Both the position numbers and the translations under genes were made by a program. 39,501 bases of DNA, from IMG/VR virus record IMGVR_UViG_3300031953_000056, positions 1 through 39,501 of that record; one strand, 5' to 3'. Positions within the stretch are counted from its first letter, which is position 1, and each line of letters starts with the position of its first letter. The notes beneath the pieces are model-generated. The model worked only from the letters and a program-made list of their open reading frames with translations. It made no database searches and was not told where the DNA came from. Positions 7,823-16,616 of the stretch are shown one piece after another. This DNA is from a virus. Its lineage: Duplodnaviria > Caudoviricetes.

Positions 7823-7962
7823 CGTCCTTCTCCGTTCGTCGTTTTCGGCTCCATGTCGTGCGTGTGGCAGTAGCAGACCGCATTAAGGCATCCGTATTGC
7901 TTCGTGTGACAGAACTCGCACCGCTTACATTCGGTGTCGCGTCCTTTGGTGTTTCCGTGCAC
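7819..7962 (-). CDS. Putative 47-aa Cys/His-rich micro-protein
   Basis: My translation MHGNTKGRDTECKRCEFCHTKQYGCLNAVCYCHTHDMEPKTTNGEGR; stop overlaps the next ATG (ATGA); start uncertain. Confidence 0.45.
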   Translation of the reverse strand: MHGNTKGRDTECKRCEFCHTKQYGCLNAVCYCHTHDMEPKTTNGEGR

Positions 7963-7992
7963 CCGATCGGTGCCATTTAGGATCGCCATCGG

Positions 7993-8451
7993 TCAGAACG
8001 GAATTTCCGCCGAGTCGGGCCAGCCGTCCCCTGCGGCCTCAAAATCTGCCGGGGCGGTCGTAGCCCACGAATCGGGCACAGACGCGCCTACGGTGCCGCC
8101 ACGGTTCTCCTGGCCCCGCTTCGGTCGCCGTGCCACCTTCGCAATTGTCGGATTGCCCAGCTTGATCTTCGCCCCCGGCGTACCGTCGCGCTTCATGAAG
8201 ACTTCCAGCTCAGGAGTTCCGGTCAGCGTGACGAGAGTTCCTTTCTCGACCAACTGGGTAACAACATCTGCGTGTTCATTCCAGAACGATGATTCGTACC
8301 AGACGGTTTCGCCGGAATCTTCCCACTTGCCGTCGACCTGCTTCTGTGGTGTCACCGGGACTGTGACCGCAACTACACGGTGAGCTCCTGCGTCCCGATA
8401 TTCGAGATCGTTTGAGATGAAACCTTCGATTACTAGTGTTGCTTTTGCCAT
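7993..8451 (-). CDS. ssb: Single-stranded DNA-binding protein
   Basis: OB-fold pattern (IEG...DLEYR...VTP...W...KG.LV.L.G) and acidic C-terminal EIPF. Confidence 0.9.
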   Translation of the reverse strand: MAKATLVIEGFISNDLEYRDAGAHRVVAVTVPVTPQKQVDGKWEDSGETVWYESSFWNEHADVVTQLVEKGTLVTLTGTPELEVFMKRDGTPGAKIKLGNPTIAKVARRPKRGQENRGGTVGASVPDSWATTAPADFEAAGDGWPDSAEIPF

Positions 8452-8453
8452 GA

Positions 8454-8690
8454 CTAACGTGCTCTTTTCTGGGCTTCAATTACCCGTTGTGCTGTTTCTA
8501 TTTCTTGCCGTGTGAACATCCGTTCGACCGCGACCTGGTACTCAACTTTTGATTTCTCCCGCAAAAACAGTTGCCGTTTGCGTTCCGTTTTCGAAAACGT
8601 GCGCTCCCGGTCACGAAGCACCTTTGACGGGGTGAGCGTCGCGAGCCAAGCGGTGAAAATATGATCGGATGCGGTCTCGACATAAGTCAT
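8454..8690 (-). CDS. Hypothetical protein
   Basis: Start MTYVETASD at a TGATG overlap, GAGGTG SD. Confidence 0.6.
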   Translation of the reverse strand: MTYVETASDHIFTAWLATLTPSKVLRDRERTFSKTERKRQLFLREKSKVEYQVAVERMFTRQEIETAQRVIEAQKRAR

Positions 8691-9058
8691 CAGGACACCT
8701 CTCGTCGCTGCATGTTCTTGACGAACTCGCGCTCGATTTTGTGACCCGGCGACTTCTCCGGACACCGGTTGTGTGGATGCTGGCGTGGGGTGCCGTCCTT
8801 GCGTCTGGCAAGCATCTGCCCACACCGATCACACGGCGCATGACCGCACTCGTGATGATTCGCAGCCTTCAGTTGAGCCCACGACCCCGGTGCCCATTCC
8901 CGCAGCTCGTAGCCGCATTCCTGACACCGCCATATCGCACCCGACCATGTCTGTCCCCAGGAGCCACCCCACCCGCGTTCACGACGCACGGCGATAAAGC
9001 ACCGATAGCGGTCACCTACTTTCGTGATGCCGTACTGTCCGGACATCGCACTCATCAC
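8690..9058 (-). CDS. Zn-binding hypothetical protein
   Basis: CQEC, HHEC..CDRC motifs; coupled in operon. Confidence 0.6.
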   Translation of the reverse strand: MMSAMSGQYGITKVGDRYRCFIAVRRERGWGGSWGQTWSGAIWRCQECGYELREWAPGSWAQLKAANHHECGHAPCDRCGQMLARRKDGTPRQHPHNRCPEKSPGHKIEREFVKNMQRREVS

Positions 9059-9243
9059 GCCACCGCCTCTTCTGCGATCTTCGCGAGCACGTATTCGAGC
9101 GCATCCTCGAACGAGTACAGATGCATCGAACCGTGCAGCGGATGCCCGTCAGGGATCGAAGAGTGCGACACACGCCAATAGGTACCGGGGGAACCCCACA
9201 TGAACGTGAAGCGCTTCCGAATCACCCACTTCTCGACATTCAT
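9055..9243 (-). CDS. Hypothetical protein
   Basis: Likely start MNVEKW (9243) after GAGGGG; the upstream in-frame extension runs through low-complexity repeats. Confidence 0.55.
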   Translation of the reverse strand: MNVEKWVIRKRFTFMWGSPGTYWRVSHSSIPDGHPLHGSMHLYSFEDALEYVLAKIAEEAVA

Positions 9244-9294
9244 CCCCTCGTTTTCTCCTGCGCGTTCAGTAACGAGAGATATCTCTGTGGGGTG

Positions 9295-9400
9295 AGTAAG
9301 TCGTCCGTAAGTCCGTCCGTCCGTCCGTGCTAGGAGCAGACGGCTAGCAGAATTGGGATTCGCTACAGCTTTGCTAGGCAGGTTGCTAGACATTTGCTAC
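9295..9400. repeat. Putative replication origin: phased GCTA repeats and (GTCC)4 tandem
   Basis: GCTA at 9362, 9373, 9385, 9396 (spacing 11/12/11), also 9329 and 9343; GTCCGTCCGTCCGTCCGT 9311-9328; at the 3' end of an initiator-like gene. Confidence 0.5.
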
Positions 9401-9754
9401 CCGCTTCGCTTTCGCTTGGCCACCACGTCGACCGTTCTCAACGGCTGTGTCGTGGATAGCCTGCGACTCCGCACCAACTAACTGGCGGGTGCCCCAGTTG
9501 CGGATCTGCCACCCACCCTCGACGACATCCCACAAGCGCACCTCAGCAAGCAGGCGAGCCTCAAGCGGGGTACCATGCACGAACGGCAGCGCCGCCCGCT
9601 TGATCACCCCCGAAGTGTCATGCCCGGCCGCGTACGCCAACGAGCAGACGTACACAAAAGCGGCACCCTTACCCTTCGGTGACTTCCCGAGCAGCTCGAG
9701 GATCTTGTCGTGCGTCGGCAGATTGGTATCCGCCCTAAACCATGGCAGCGCCAT
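9386..9754 (-). CDS. Replication initiator-like winged-helix protein
   Basis: PWFRADT..HDKI, TSGVI, LW..VEGGWQIRNW, GRRGG: pattern of phage initiator N-terminal domains. Confidence 0.65.
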   Translation of the reverse strand: MALPWFRADTNLPTHDKILELLGKSPKGKGAAFVYVCSLAYAAGHDTSGVIKRAALPFVHGTPLEARLLAEVRLWDVVEGGWQIRNWGTRQLVGAESQAIHDTAVENGRRGGQAKAKRVANV

Positions 9755-10173
9755 TACCTCATCACTCCCTCTCGTATTGCCCCGATCAGCACCAAATATT
9801 CGATAGCTGTCAGAGGGTTGATTTGTTCCTTGTTGCCGGCGTCATCGAATCGCCACCATGTGGCATCGACGCGGCGAAATGTGGGCACGAGTAGGGGGTC
9901 GAAACCTGATCGAATCGACCAGCCGACTGACTCGCCGATGTACCCTGCATGGGCTGTACCGTGGCAGCCGTCGATGTTTCCGCCGACAGCACCAACACAC
10001 ACGTGCAGTCCGTTTGCTGGATTCCCAAATCCCAACCTCGACTTGAATAGGCGGTGGTGAATTTGGGAGGCAGGTGCCATCCCGCATCCTTCGCAAACAC
10101 CACCGGAACGGGCAACGATCAGACGTCGTGCAGCGGGGGAGAACTCACGCGGCCACAGGTTCAGGGTTCTCAC
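9754..10173 (-). CDS. HNH endonuclease-like protein
   Basis: RSGGVCEGCG...IHHR...NGLHVC...CH. Confidence 0.75.
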   Translation of the reverse strand: MRTLNLWPREFSPAARRLIVARSGGVCEGCGMAPASQIHHRLFKSRLGFGNPANGLHVCVGAVGGNIDGCHGTAHAGYIGESVGWSIRSGFDPLLVPTFRRVDATWWRFDDAGNKEQINPLTAIEYLVLIGAIREGVMR

Positions 10174-12002
10174 GCTGCACGCTCCACATCGACCCCGTTG
10201 AGGGCTTCAGCAACAGCCATGCCCAAGTCGCGAGCTGCTGGCGGGGTGACCGCGTTACCGGCCTGTTTGACCTGCTCCCGCTTCGTGCCGCCTAGGTAAT
10301 AGTCGTGCGCGAACGCCATACCGACCTTGATCTCATTCGGGGTGAGCATGCGGAACAGGACGTCGTCGACGTCAAGGCTGATCTCTGACTCGACAAGCCC
10401 GTATCGGTCTGTTGTCGTGAGGGTGCCGTGTGGTTCGCTGGTCGGCTTACCAGCCTCGGATGCACCGTAGTAAGGCACGAGCAGCGACTGGTGACCACCG
10501 GTCGTTAGTGTGCGCAGCTCCTCGGTGACGGGTGTAGTCATCTCTGCGCCGCCCGTGTTGTTCCGCATGACAAGCGCATGGTGATTACCACCCGCCGATA
10601 CTGTGTCGATCGGGTGCGTTGCAGGCTTCGTCACACCGTTATTGCGGAGCGGAACGATCAACGCCTGGCCTGCGCCATCCGCAACCACAGTGGTGAGTGG
10701 CTCGCGTGCCGGGTCAAGAGTGCGCTCACGCTGCCGGAACTGCGCAAGGAACGGTGGGAACACGATCGCAGTCTCATTGCGGGTCGACTGGGTGCGTGCC
10801 GGATCACTCGCGAGCGAAGCGGACTTCCCCTCCCTACCCTCCACTGGGACCATGAGAGGCGAGTAGGCGATGCCCTTCGTCTGCGCGGTCGTCTGCGTGT
10901 GCATCGGATCGGAAGAATGCTGCACGGTGCCCTCGCCACGGATCCCATCAGTGATGAGCGGGTGTACTGCGAGACCGTGCTGCACAGTCGTTGTCTGCGT
11001 CGGCATCTGCATATCAGTCGGATACGCACGCAAATACTGGCTACCTGTAGTGATTCCGTCGTAAGTGTTCCCCGCGGCCGTAACGAGCAGCGGTTTCCAG
11101 TACCGCTCGATTCCCTTCTCAATGCGAGCCCGCGTCTTGTCGGCAAGGGGCTTCTTTTTGTCGCCGATGCGCTCGCCCGGAATTGACCAATCAATAGCAG
11201 ATGACGCGGGCAACCATGCGGGTTCGATGATGGTCGCGCAGCTCGGGCAACGGTAGACGTACTGGGCGCGGTAGCGACCCCAACGCTCGGCCTTCTTGAA
11301 AGCCTGCACTGCTGACACCATGCCGTGGTTCTCGCAGAACGCCTGCGGGCGAGTCCACTTGCCGATATTCGGCTTGCGCTCACCCTTACGCCAAAACACG
11401 ATGTACATGCGGTCGCGAGACTGAGGCGCGGGAAGACCGACGGCCTGCGCGTGCATGCTGTTGAGCCAAACAAGCTCGTGCTCGTAACCGAGGAGTTCCA
11501 TCGTCATCAGCCAGGCGGGGAACGGAACCCACCGGTACGCATCAACGACGTTCTCGATGATGATGGCCCGGTACTGGTGGTGCTCGGTGAACCGGGGCAC
11601 GTCGTACATGGTGGCGCGGGAACGGTTGGCGGCCTCGTCGGGAAGCGGTGCGGTGCCGTCGAAGTCGAATAGGGCCTCGTTGACGGCGCGCTGCCGTTTC
11701 ACGCCCTTTGCCACGGAATGGTTGGTGCACTCGGGTGACGCCCAGAGAATGTCGGTGCGTTGGAAGTAGCCCGGGTTCACCTGTGAGATGTCCGCGCTCG
11801 AGTGGTCGGTTTCGGGGTGGTTGATCTGGTGGGAGTCGATGGCCTGCTGCCAATGGTTCGCCGCAGTAACGACCTTGAACCCGGCGTCAACGAGGCCGGA
11901 GGATGATCCGCCGGCACCGCAGAACAAGTCCGTCACGGTGAGGCCGTTCCATGGGACCGTGGGCTGCTTGTAGCCGATCGGGGTAAGCGTTGCGGCGGTC
12001 AT
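10170..12002 (-). CDS. DNA (cytosine-5) methyltransferase with a repeated variable region
   Basis: DLFCGAGG (I), SPEC (IV), ENV (VI), QSRDR (VIII), FRMLT..E (IX), GNAV (X); true start at the ATGA overlap 12002. Confidence 0.92.
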   Translation of the reverse strand: MTAATLTPIGYKQPTVPWNGLTVTDLFCGAGGSSSGLVDAGFKVVTAANHWQQAIDSHQINHPETDHSSADISQVNPGYFQRTDILWASPECTNHSVAKGVKRQRAVNEALFDFDGTAPLPDEAANRSRATMYDVPRFTEHHQYRAIIIENVVDAYRWVPFPAWLMTMELLGYEHELVWLNSMHAQAVGLPAPQSRDRMYIVFWRKGERKPNIGKWTRPQAFCENHGMVSAVQAFKKAERWGRYRAQYVYRCPSCATIIEPAWLPASSAIDWSIPGERIGDKKKPLADKTRARIEKGIERYWKPLLVTAAGNTYDGITTGSQYLRAYPTDMQMPTQTTTVQHGLAVHPLITDGIRGEGTVQHSSDPMHTQTTAQTKGIAYSPLMVPVEGREGKSASLASDPARTQSTRNETAIVFPPFLAQFRQRERTLDPAREPLTTVVADGAGQALIVPLRNNGVTKPATHPIDTVSAGGNHHALVMRNNTGGAEMTTPVTEELRTLTTGGHQSLLVPYYGASEAGKPTSEPHGTLTTTDRYGLVESEISLDVDDVLFRMLTPNEIKVGMAFAHDYYLGGTKREQVKQAGNAVTPPAARDLGMAVAEALNGVDVERAA

Positions 12003-12337
12003 GAGGTGATGCCTTCCATGTCGAATGCGAGCTGCTCGGCTGTGGCCGACGGCGGCGCGATGGCGGTGAGGGTGGGGTTGTTCGCGTTGAACGCGAAGCT
12101 GATGGTGTGGGTCGGGGTCGGGACGATGCCGGAGACGACCTCGAGATATGCGGCCCAGATGATGTCGAGCCATTCGCGGGGGCAGTCGACGTTGATGCGG
12201 AGGCCGAGGTCGCTGTCGTCCATCTGGGCGAAGTCGACTATCCGAATATCACGGGCGGGGGTCTTCCACTCGCCCCAAAACTGGCAGTAGATGCGAGTCT
12301 CACCAGTAGTGCCGGCGACGATCATCGGGGCGGTCAT
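11999..12337 (-). CDS. Hypothetical protein
   Basis: ATGA-coupled at both ends. Confidence 0.65.
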   Translation of the reverse strand: MTAPMIVAGTTGETRIYCQFWGEWKTPARDIRIVDFAQMDDSDLGLRINVDCPREWLDIIWAAYLEVVSGIVPTPTHTISFAFNANNPTLTAIAPPSATAEQLAFDMEGITS

Positions 12338-12630
12338 CGCTTCACCGCCCGTACCCGGTCGAACGGGACAGTCTCAGTCCACGACCACTCCGTTGTCACC
12401 GACACGGTTTTCCGGTTCACACGCACAACCTCGCGGAGCTTCCCGAACTGGTCAACGATGTGAGTGGCACCAACAATGTCGTCGCGGGTAAGGCGCACAC
12501 GTTCAGATTCGACCTGTGCGGCCCGTTCCTTTATCTCCCGGTACTCGGTGTCGCTGGCGGTCTTCTGACGACTCAGCTCGGCGCTGATCGAATCCTCGTT
12601 AGCCTTCGCCCGAGCGCGGTATGCGCTCAC
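12334..12630 (-). CDS. Hypothetical protein
   Basis: GTGA-coupled; GGAGG SD. Confidence 0.65.
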   Translation of the reverse strand: MSAYRARAKANEDSISAELSRQKTASDTEYREIKERAAQVESERVRLTRDDIVGATHIVDQFGKLREVVRVNRKTVSVTTEWSWTETVPFDRVRAVKR

Positions 12631-13814
12631 AGTGCGCCTCCGAAGTTCAGGGTCGGTTGCGCGAACCGTGTCGAGAGCGAGAGGTCGAGATAGTCGCGGT
12701 TCAGGTCAATGCCGATGTATTTGCGGCCTTCCTGTGTTGCGACCATCCCCGTTGTTCCTGAACCGCTGAATGGGTCGAGAACGGTGTCGCCGGGACGTGA
12801 GCCAGCGAGAATGCACGGTCTTATTAGTTCGGGCGGGTAAACCGCGAAATGTGCTGCTGAGAACGGTGTGGTCGGCACCGTCCAGACGCTGCGCTTGTTG
12901 ATCGTGCCGCCCGACAGGAATTCGCGGTAGTAGCCACCAAGCGCGGTCTTCGCTTCTTCCGCGAGTCGTTGCATCTCGGGGTTGTTTTTCCCGAAACCGT
13001 CCTGCACCATCTGCGCTTTGCCGGCGTCGTTCATCCCGACTGCGCGGATGGCAGCCATATGCGCGGATGTAAGACCGTGCTGCTCTGCGAGCTCACGTGC
13101 GCGACGAGCCTGAGGACGCTCACCGCTCTGAGCTCGTCCGCGCTGGTGATCTGCCGTCTTCCCGACATCGAACCGTGATCCCTTTGCGCCCCCTACCGCT
13201 TGCTCTGCTATTGCGTCGGCGTCGTAGTAGTACTTAGGCGACTTCGCAAGCAGGAACAGGTATTCGTGCGCCTTAGTTGGGCGATCAGTGACGCTCTCAG
13301 GCATTGGGTTGGGTTTGTGCCAGATGATGTCTGAGCGGAGAATCCAACCATCAGCCTGTAGCGCCAAAGCGATTCGCCACGGAACGCCAATTAGGTTTTT
13401 TGCCGCAGGCTCGCCATCGCGGATTGCGCCGGTATTCGTGCCCTTCGTTGGATAGCGCCCGTCATGTACTGGCGTGAGCATTCCGCCCTTAATCGGTCGC
13501 TGAGTGCCGCGTTCAGACTTCCGCCCCTGATTGCCCCACGATCCCGCGTAAGAGTCTCCAAGGTTTAGCCAAAGCGTGCCGTCATCAGTCAACACCCGGT
13601 GCAACTCTCGGAACAGCGACACCATCCCCTCGACGTAACCCGCCAACGTTTCTTCAGCGCCCATCTGCCCGGTCTCGCCATAGTCACGCAAGCCGAAATA
13701 TGGGGGGGATGTGACAATGGTTTGCACAGAACCCGCTTCGAGCATCTGCGCTTGGGCGAGTGCGTCACCGTGCAACAGCGTCACGGTGTCATCTTTGTAG
13801 TACGGGGCGCTCAC
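12627..13814 (-). CDS. DNA N4-cytosine/N6-adenine methyltransferase (beta class)
   Basis: TSPPY catalytic motif precedes the VLDPFSGSGTT SAM-binding motif. Confidence 0.92.
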   Translation of the reverse strand: MSAPYYKDDTVTLLHGDALAQAQMLEAGSVQTIVTSPPYFGLRDYGETGQMGAEETLAGYVEGMVSLFRELHRVLTDDGTLWLNLGDSYAGSWGNQGRKSERGTQRPIKGGMLTPVHDGRYPTKGTNTGAIRDGEPAAKNLIGVPWRIALALQADGWILRSDIIWHKPNPMPESVTDRPTKAHEYLFLLAKSPKYYYDADAIAEQAVGGAKGSRFDVGKTADHQRGRAQSGERPQARRARELAEQHGLTSAHMAAIRAVGMNDAGKAQMVQDGFGKNNPEMQRLAEEAKTALGGYYREFLSGGTINKRSVWTVPTTPFSAAHFAVYPPELIRPCILAGSRPGDTVLDPFSGSGTTGMVATQEGRKYIGIDLNRDYLDLSLSTRFAQPTLNFGGAL

Positions 13815-14209
13815 AGTTCACCCCCAATGTCGGTGATCGTCACAGTGAAGTGCGGTTCGGCGCCTGCTTCGAACCGGATCGTCGCGGACGGTTTCTGCAT
13901 GTGCGCAGGGTCGTCGTCGTCAACAATTCGGGCGGAAGTTCCACGGTTTGAACCGATGCCGTCGTAGATCGCTTTGAGCAGCGGGGCGAGGTTGTCCGTA
14001 TCGCGGTTTCGGCGGTCGGCAACAACCCACTCGACGTCGACACGGATATTGTCCAGACCGGGGACTTTCGCGGCGCGGGTGCGCAGCATCGCCTGGGTGC
14101 GGATCATCTGAGTGTTCTCGTGCTTGACCCGCCAGTGGCAGCGGTCGTTCGCTGAGAGCCCTTTGGGTGGGCGGGGATAGTTGAGGTCGAAAGACCAAGT
14201 GGTGGTCAT
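13811..14209 (-). CDS. rusA: RusA-like Holliday junction resolvase
   Basis: RNRDTDNL..LLKAIYDGI...IVDDDD acidic motif; start at the ATGA overlap 14209. Confidence 0.75.
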   Translation of the reverse strand: MTTTWSFDLNYPRPPKGLSANDRCHWRVKHENTQMIRTQAMLRTRAAKVPGLDNIRVDVEWVVADRRNRDTDNLAPLLKAIYDGIGSNRGTSARIVDDDDPAHMQKPSATIRFEAGAEPHFTVTITDIGGEL

Positions 14210-14664
14210 CGTCGGCCCCCGTACCCGTTGTACGCAGCCTGAACACCCTTGTTGACGTTCAACATTCCGTTGAGCTTGATCGTGAGCGCTCTGAGGGTGT
14301 CGTGGGCGTAATGCCATGCCGCTTTCGCGTCATGCCACGCCTCCAGTTCCGGCATTGCTTCCACGTTGGCGAGCGCACGGGCCCGAGTCACAGACATGCT
14401 TGCCGCGTGCGCTGCGAGGGACGTTTCCCGCCGACGCGAGTGGGCGCGCTCGGCGGCGTACCGGACCTCGTTCAGCTCAAGCATCTTCGCGGGCATCTGC
14501 TCGATAAGGGTGGTGAGCTCGGTGATGAGATATTCCATTTCGGCGGGGTTCGCCGGAACAAAGTGGATGAGCTCACCACCACGAGTGAGAACATCAACAG
14601 CGGTGCCGCCTTCTGCGCCTGCGGGGGAGGTGACGGTAGGGTTCTCGTCGGTGAAGTGAGTCAT
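14206..14664 (-). CDS. Hypothetical helical protein
   Basis: ATGA-coupled at both ends. Confidence 0.65.
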   Translation of the reverse strand: MTHFTDENPTVTSPAGAEGGTAVDVLTRGGELIHFVPANPAEMEYLITELTTLIEQMPAKMLELNEVRYAAERAHSRRRETSLAAHAASMSVTRARALANVEAMPELEAWHDAKAAWHYAHDTLRALTIKLNGMLNVNKGVQAAYNGYGGRR

Positions 14665-15728
14665 CGCCCGGCCTCGGCTTCTGCTGCGGCCTGCGCTTCG
14701 TAGTCAACATCCGTCGGGGTGGCGGGAGTCTGGTGGCATTCGCACTTGCAGACGTCGCCAGCAGGGTTGCTGCACTCGTCGTGGTAGCCGATTGAGCACT
14801 GACGGTTTTTGCCGACGGCCACTCCTTCGCGGATTAGGCGATCTGTGTACTCGGCGTCCGACTCACTTGAGACGACCGCCTCAGCCTCTGGCGTTGTTTC
14901 CTCGATAACAACCTCGCGACCCAGCTTCCCGACCTTCGTGAGCACGAGCGTGCGGATCTGATCGGTGTACTCTCCGAGCGCGTCGGCGCGCTTGCTGATC
15001 GTCTGCAACTCGTCCTTCGTCGTGGCCTCAGCTACCAACGCTGCCCAGTCCTCAGTCGGCTCAAGATCAGCGTCCACTGTTTCTACTTCTTCGCGCTCGT
15101 TGACGACAGCGCCCATCTCCTCAGCGGTGTAGTGCATGCCCATGAGCACGTCCTCAAAACCAGCGGAGGCGACGTCGCTGAGCGAACGCCAACGCAGAAG
15201 GCGGGGCATGTAGCTCTCCCACGGCTTCGCGTTGTTGTCTTTCGACCGCGCCTTCCCACGCCAGACACCTCCCGCGTCGGGAGCGTAGGAGTCGAGCAAC
15301 CCGGCGCGGAGAGCATCGGCCGGCGTCCACGTGTACACGTACGGGTGCTCGGGGTCGTCGGATCGGATGCCCGTGCATGTGACGGCGATGTCGCCGCCCT
15401 CGACGGTGCCGGTCTGCTCAATGCGGAGCGTGTGCCCTGCCTGGCGAATGAGGGCCGACATCAGCGACGGCTTCAACGTGGGATTACCCTCGATGACATC
15501 GATGCCGCGCAGTGCTGCCATGGGGTGCAGGCCAAGCATCAGCCCTGTTTCGACGATGAGCATGACCTTGCCGGGGCTTGGTCGGTTTTCCATCAGCCCG
15601 GTGTCAGGGTTTTTGGTGTTCGCCCACAAACCTCGGGGCAGTAGCTCGCCTGCGGAGGTCAACGTCTGGACGTAGGACTTCTTCTCTTCGAGGGTGGCGT
15701 TGACGTATTGGGTGATTGCGGTGCTCAT
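14661..15728 (-). CDS. RecT/Bet-like single-strand annealing protein
   Basis: Follows YqaJ; GLHPMAAL..I.VIEG.P, A.RAGL, W..Y...L..R, GMHYTAEEM motifs. Confidence 0.75.
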   Translation of the reverse strand: MSTAITQYVNATLEEKKSYVQTLTSAGELLPRGLWANTKNPDTGLMENRPSPGKVMLIVETGLMLGLHPMAALRGIDVIEGNPTLKPSLMSALIRQAGHTLRIEQTGTVEGGDIAVTCTGIRSDDPEHPYVYTWTPADALRAGLLDSYAPDAGGVWRGKARSKDNNAKPWESYMPRLLRWRSLSDVASAGFEDVLMGMHYTAEEMGAVVNEREEVETVDADLEPTEDWAALVAEATTKDELQTISKRADALGEYTDQIRTLVLTKVGKLGREVVIEETTPEAEAVVSSESDAEYTDRLIREGVAVGKNRQCSIGYHDECSNPAGDVCKCECHQTPATPTDVDYEAQAAAEAEAGR

Positions 15729-16333
15729 GCTGCGTTCATCTCTCTTTCGAATTCGAGCGCCCGGGTGAGGCGGTCGAGGAGGTCTGTTGCGAGGGGGAGA
15801 ATCTTCGACGTGAGGTCGACGATCTTTGGGTGGTCACGCGGGATGGTGAGATTCTTCGGTTCGTCAGCGCGGGGAATCCACAAGCCAGAGGTCGAATCGG
15901 TGACGAGTTCCTGCCAGATGAACTCGATCTCTTCGAACTCGGGAACGACAACGAACTGCCACGCCACTTGACGCCATTCGCCCAACGTGGGGCCGGTGAC
16001 GACCTTGTTGTGCTTGGCTTTGCACTCGGCCCCGCGGGTAGCGTCCGCCCCATCTGGTGTTGCTGCGAACCCGCGGTTCTCGGGGGAGTGGATGAGGGCA
16101 ATGTTTGGGCTGATACCGGCCCAGGCGAGCATCATTGGTTCCCACCTGTGGCCTTGTTCGGTGTATGCGTTGCCGTTCCATTCGCGGCGGGTCAGTTTCT
16201 CTTTGAGTACTGATTCCACTGAGGACTCTTTGGCGAGCTTCGCGGCGTCGGACGCACCAACGCAGGGTTGCCGGGCGAGCTTCCACCCTTCCCGGTCGAT
16301 GCCGTCGTGCAGGATGCGATCGAGGTGGCTCAT
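15725..16333 (-). CDS. YqaJ/lambda-exonuclease family nuclease
   Basis: W..AR..VGASDA, GHRWEP, ATPDG, ECK, QV.WQ motifs. Confidence 0.9.
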   Translation of the reverse strand: MSHLDRILHDGIDREGWKLARQPCVGASDAAKLAKESSVESVLKEKLTRREWNGNAYTEQGHRWEPMMLAWAGISPNIALIHSPENRGFAATPDGADATRGAECKAKHNKVVTGPTLGEWRQVAWQFVVVPEFEEIEFIWQELVTDSTSGLWIPRADEPKNLTIPRDHPKIVDLTSKILPLATDLLDRLTRALEFEREMNAA

Positions 16334-16497
16334 ACCGGCCTCACCTCAATCTGAGCTTCGAGCGGGATGGCCCCGCTCTTTGTGTAGTTCTCTGCGAGTG
16401 CTTTCGAAGAGAACGTGGCAAGCCATATCCACGGAACGGCTTTGTTGGGGCGCGCGTAGACCTCGTGCGCGTCGTGGAAGATTCCTTCGGCAGGCAT
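16330..16497 (-). CDS. Hypothetical protein
   Basis: Start MPAEGIF at a TGATG overlap after GAGGT. Confidence 0.55.
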   Translation of the reverse strand: MPAEGIFHDAHEVYARPNKAVPWIWLATFSSKALAENYTKSGAIPLEAQIEVRPV

Positions 16498-16616
16498 CAG
16501 TTGACCTCTGTCTGTTGTTCGTCGCGGCGGTCGTCGGCACTCGCGAGGATCCGTTCGGCGTAGCCCGGCGATTTTGGGTCGTCGATGCCGTAGGCGTCGT
16601 ACTCGAGGTCGCTCAT
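16497..16616 (-). CDS. 39-aa acidic micro-protein MSDLEYDAYGIDDPKSPGYAERILASADDRRDEQQTEVN
   Basis: ATGA overlap upstream, TGATG downstream, AAAGGA SD; not in ORF track. Confidence 0.6.
   Translation of the reverse strand: MSDLEYDAYGIDDPKSPGYAERILASADDRRDEQQTEVN

Noticed and set aside
9754-13814. Restriction-modification system (HNH plus methyltransferases)
   Set aside because: The HNH is a small generic phage type in the replication operon; no evidence of a cognate restriction enzyme.
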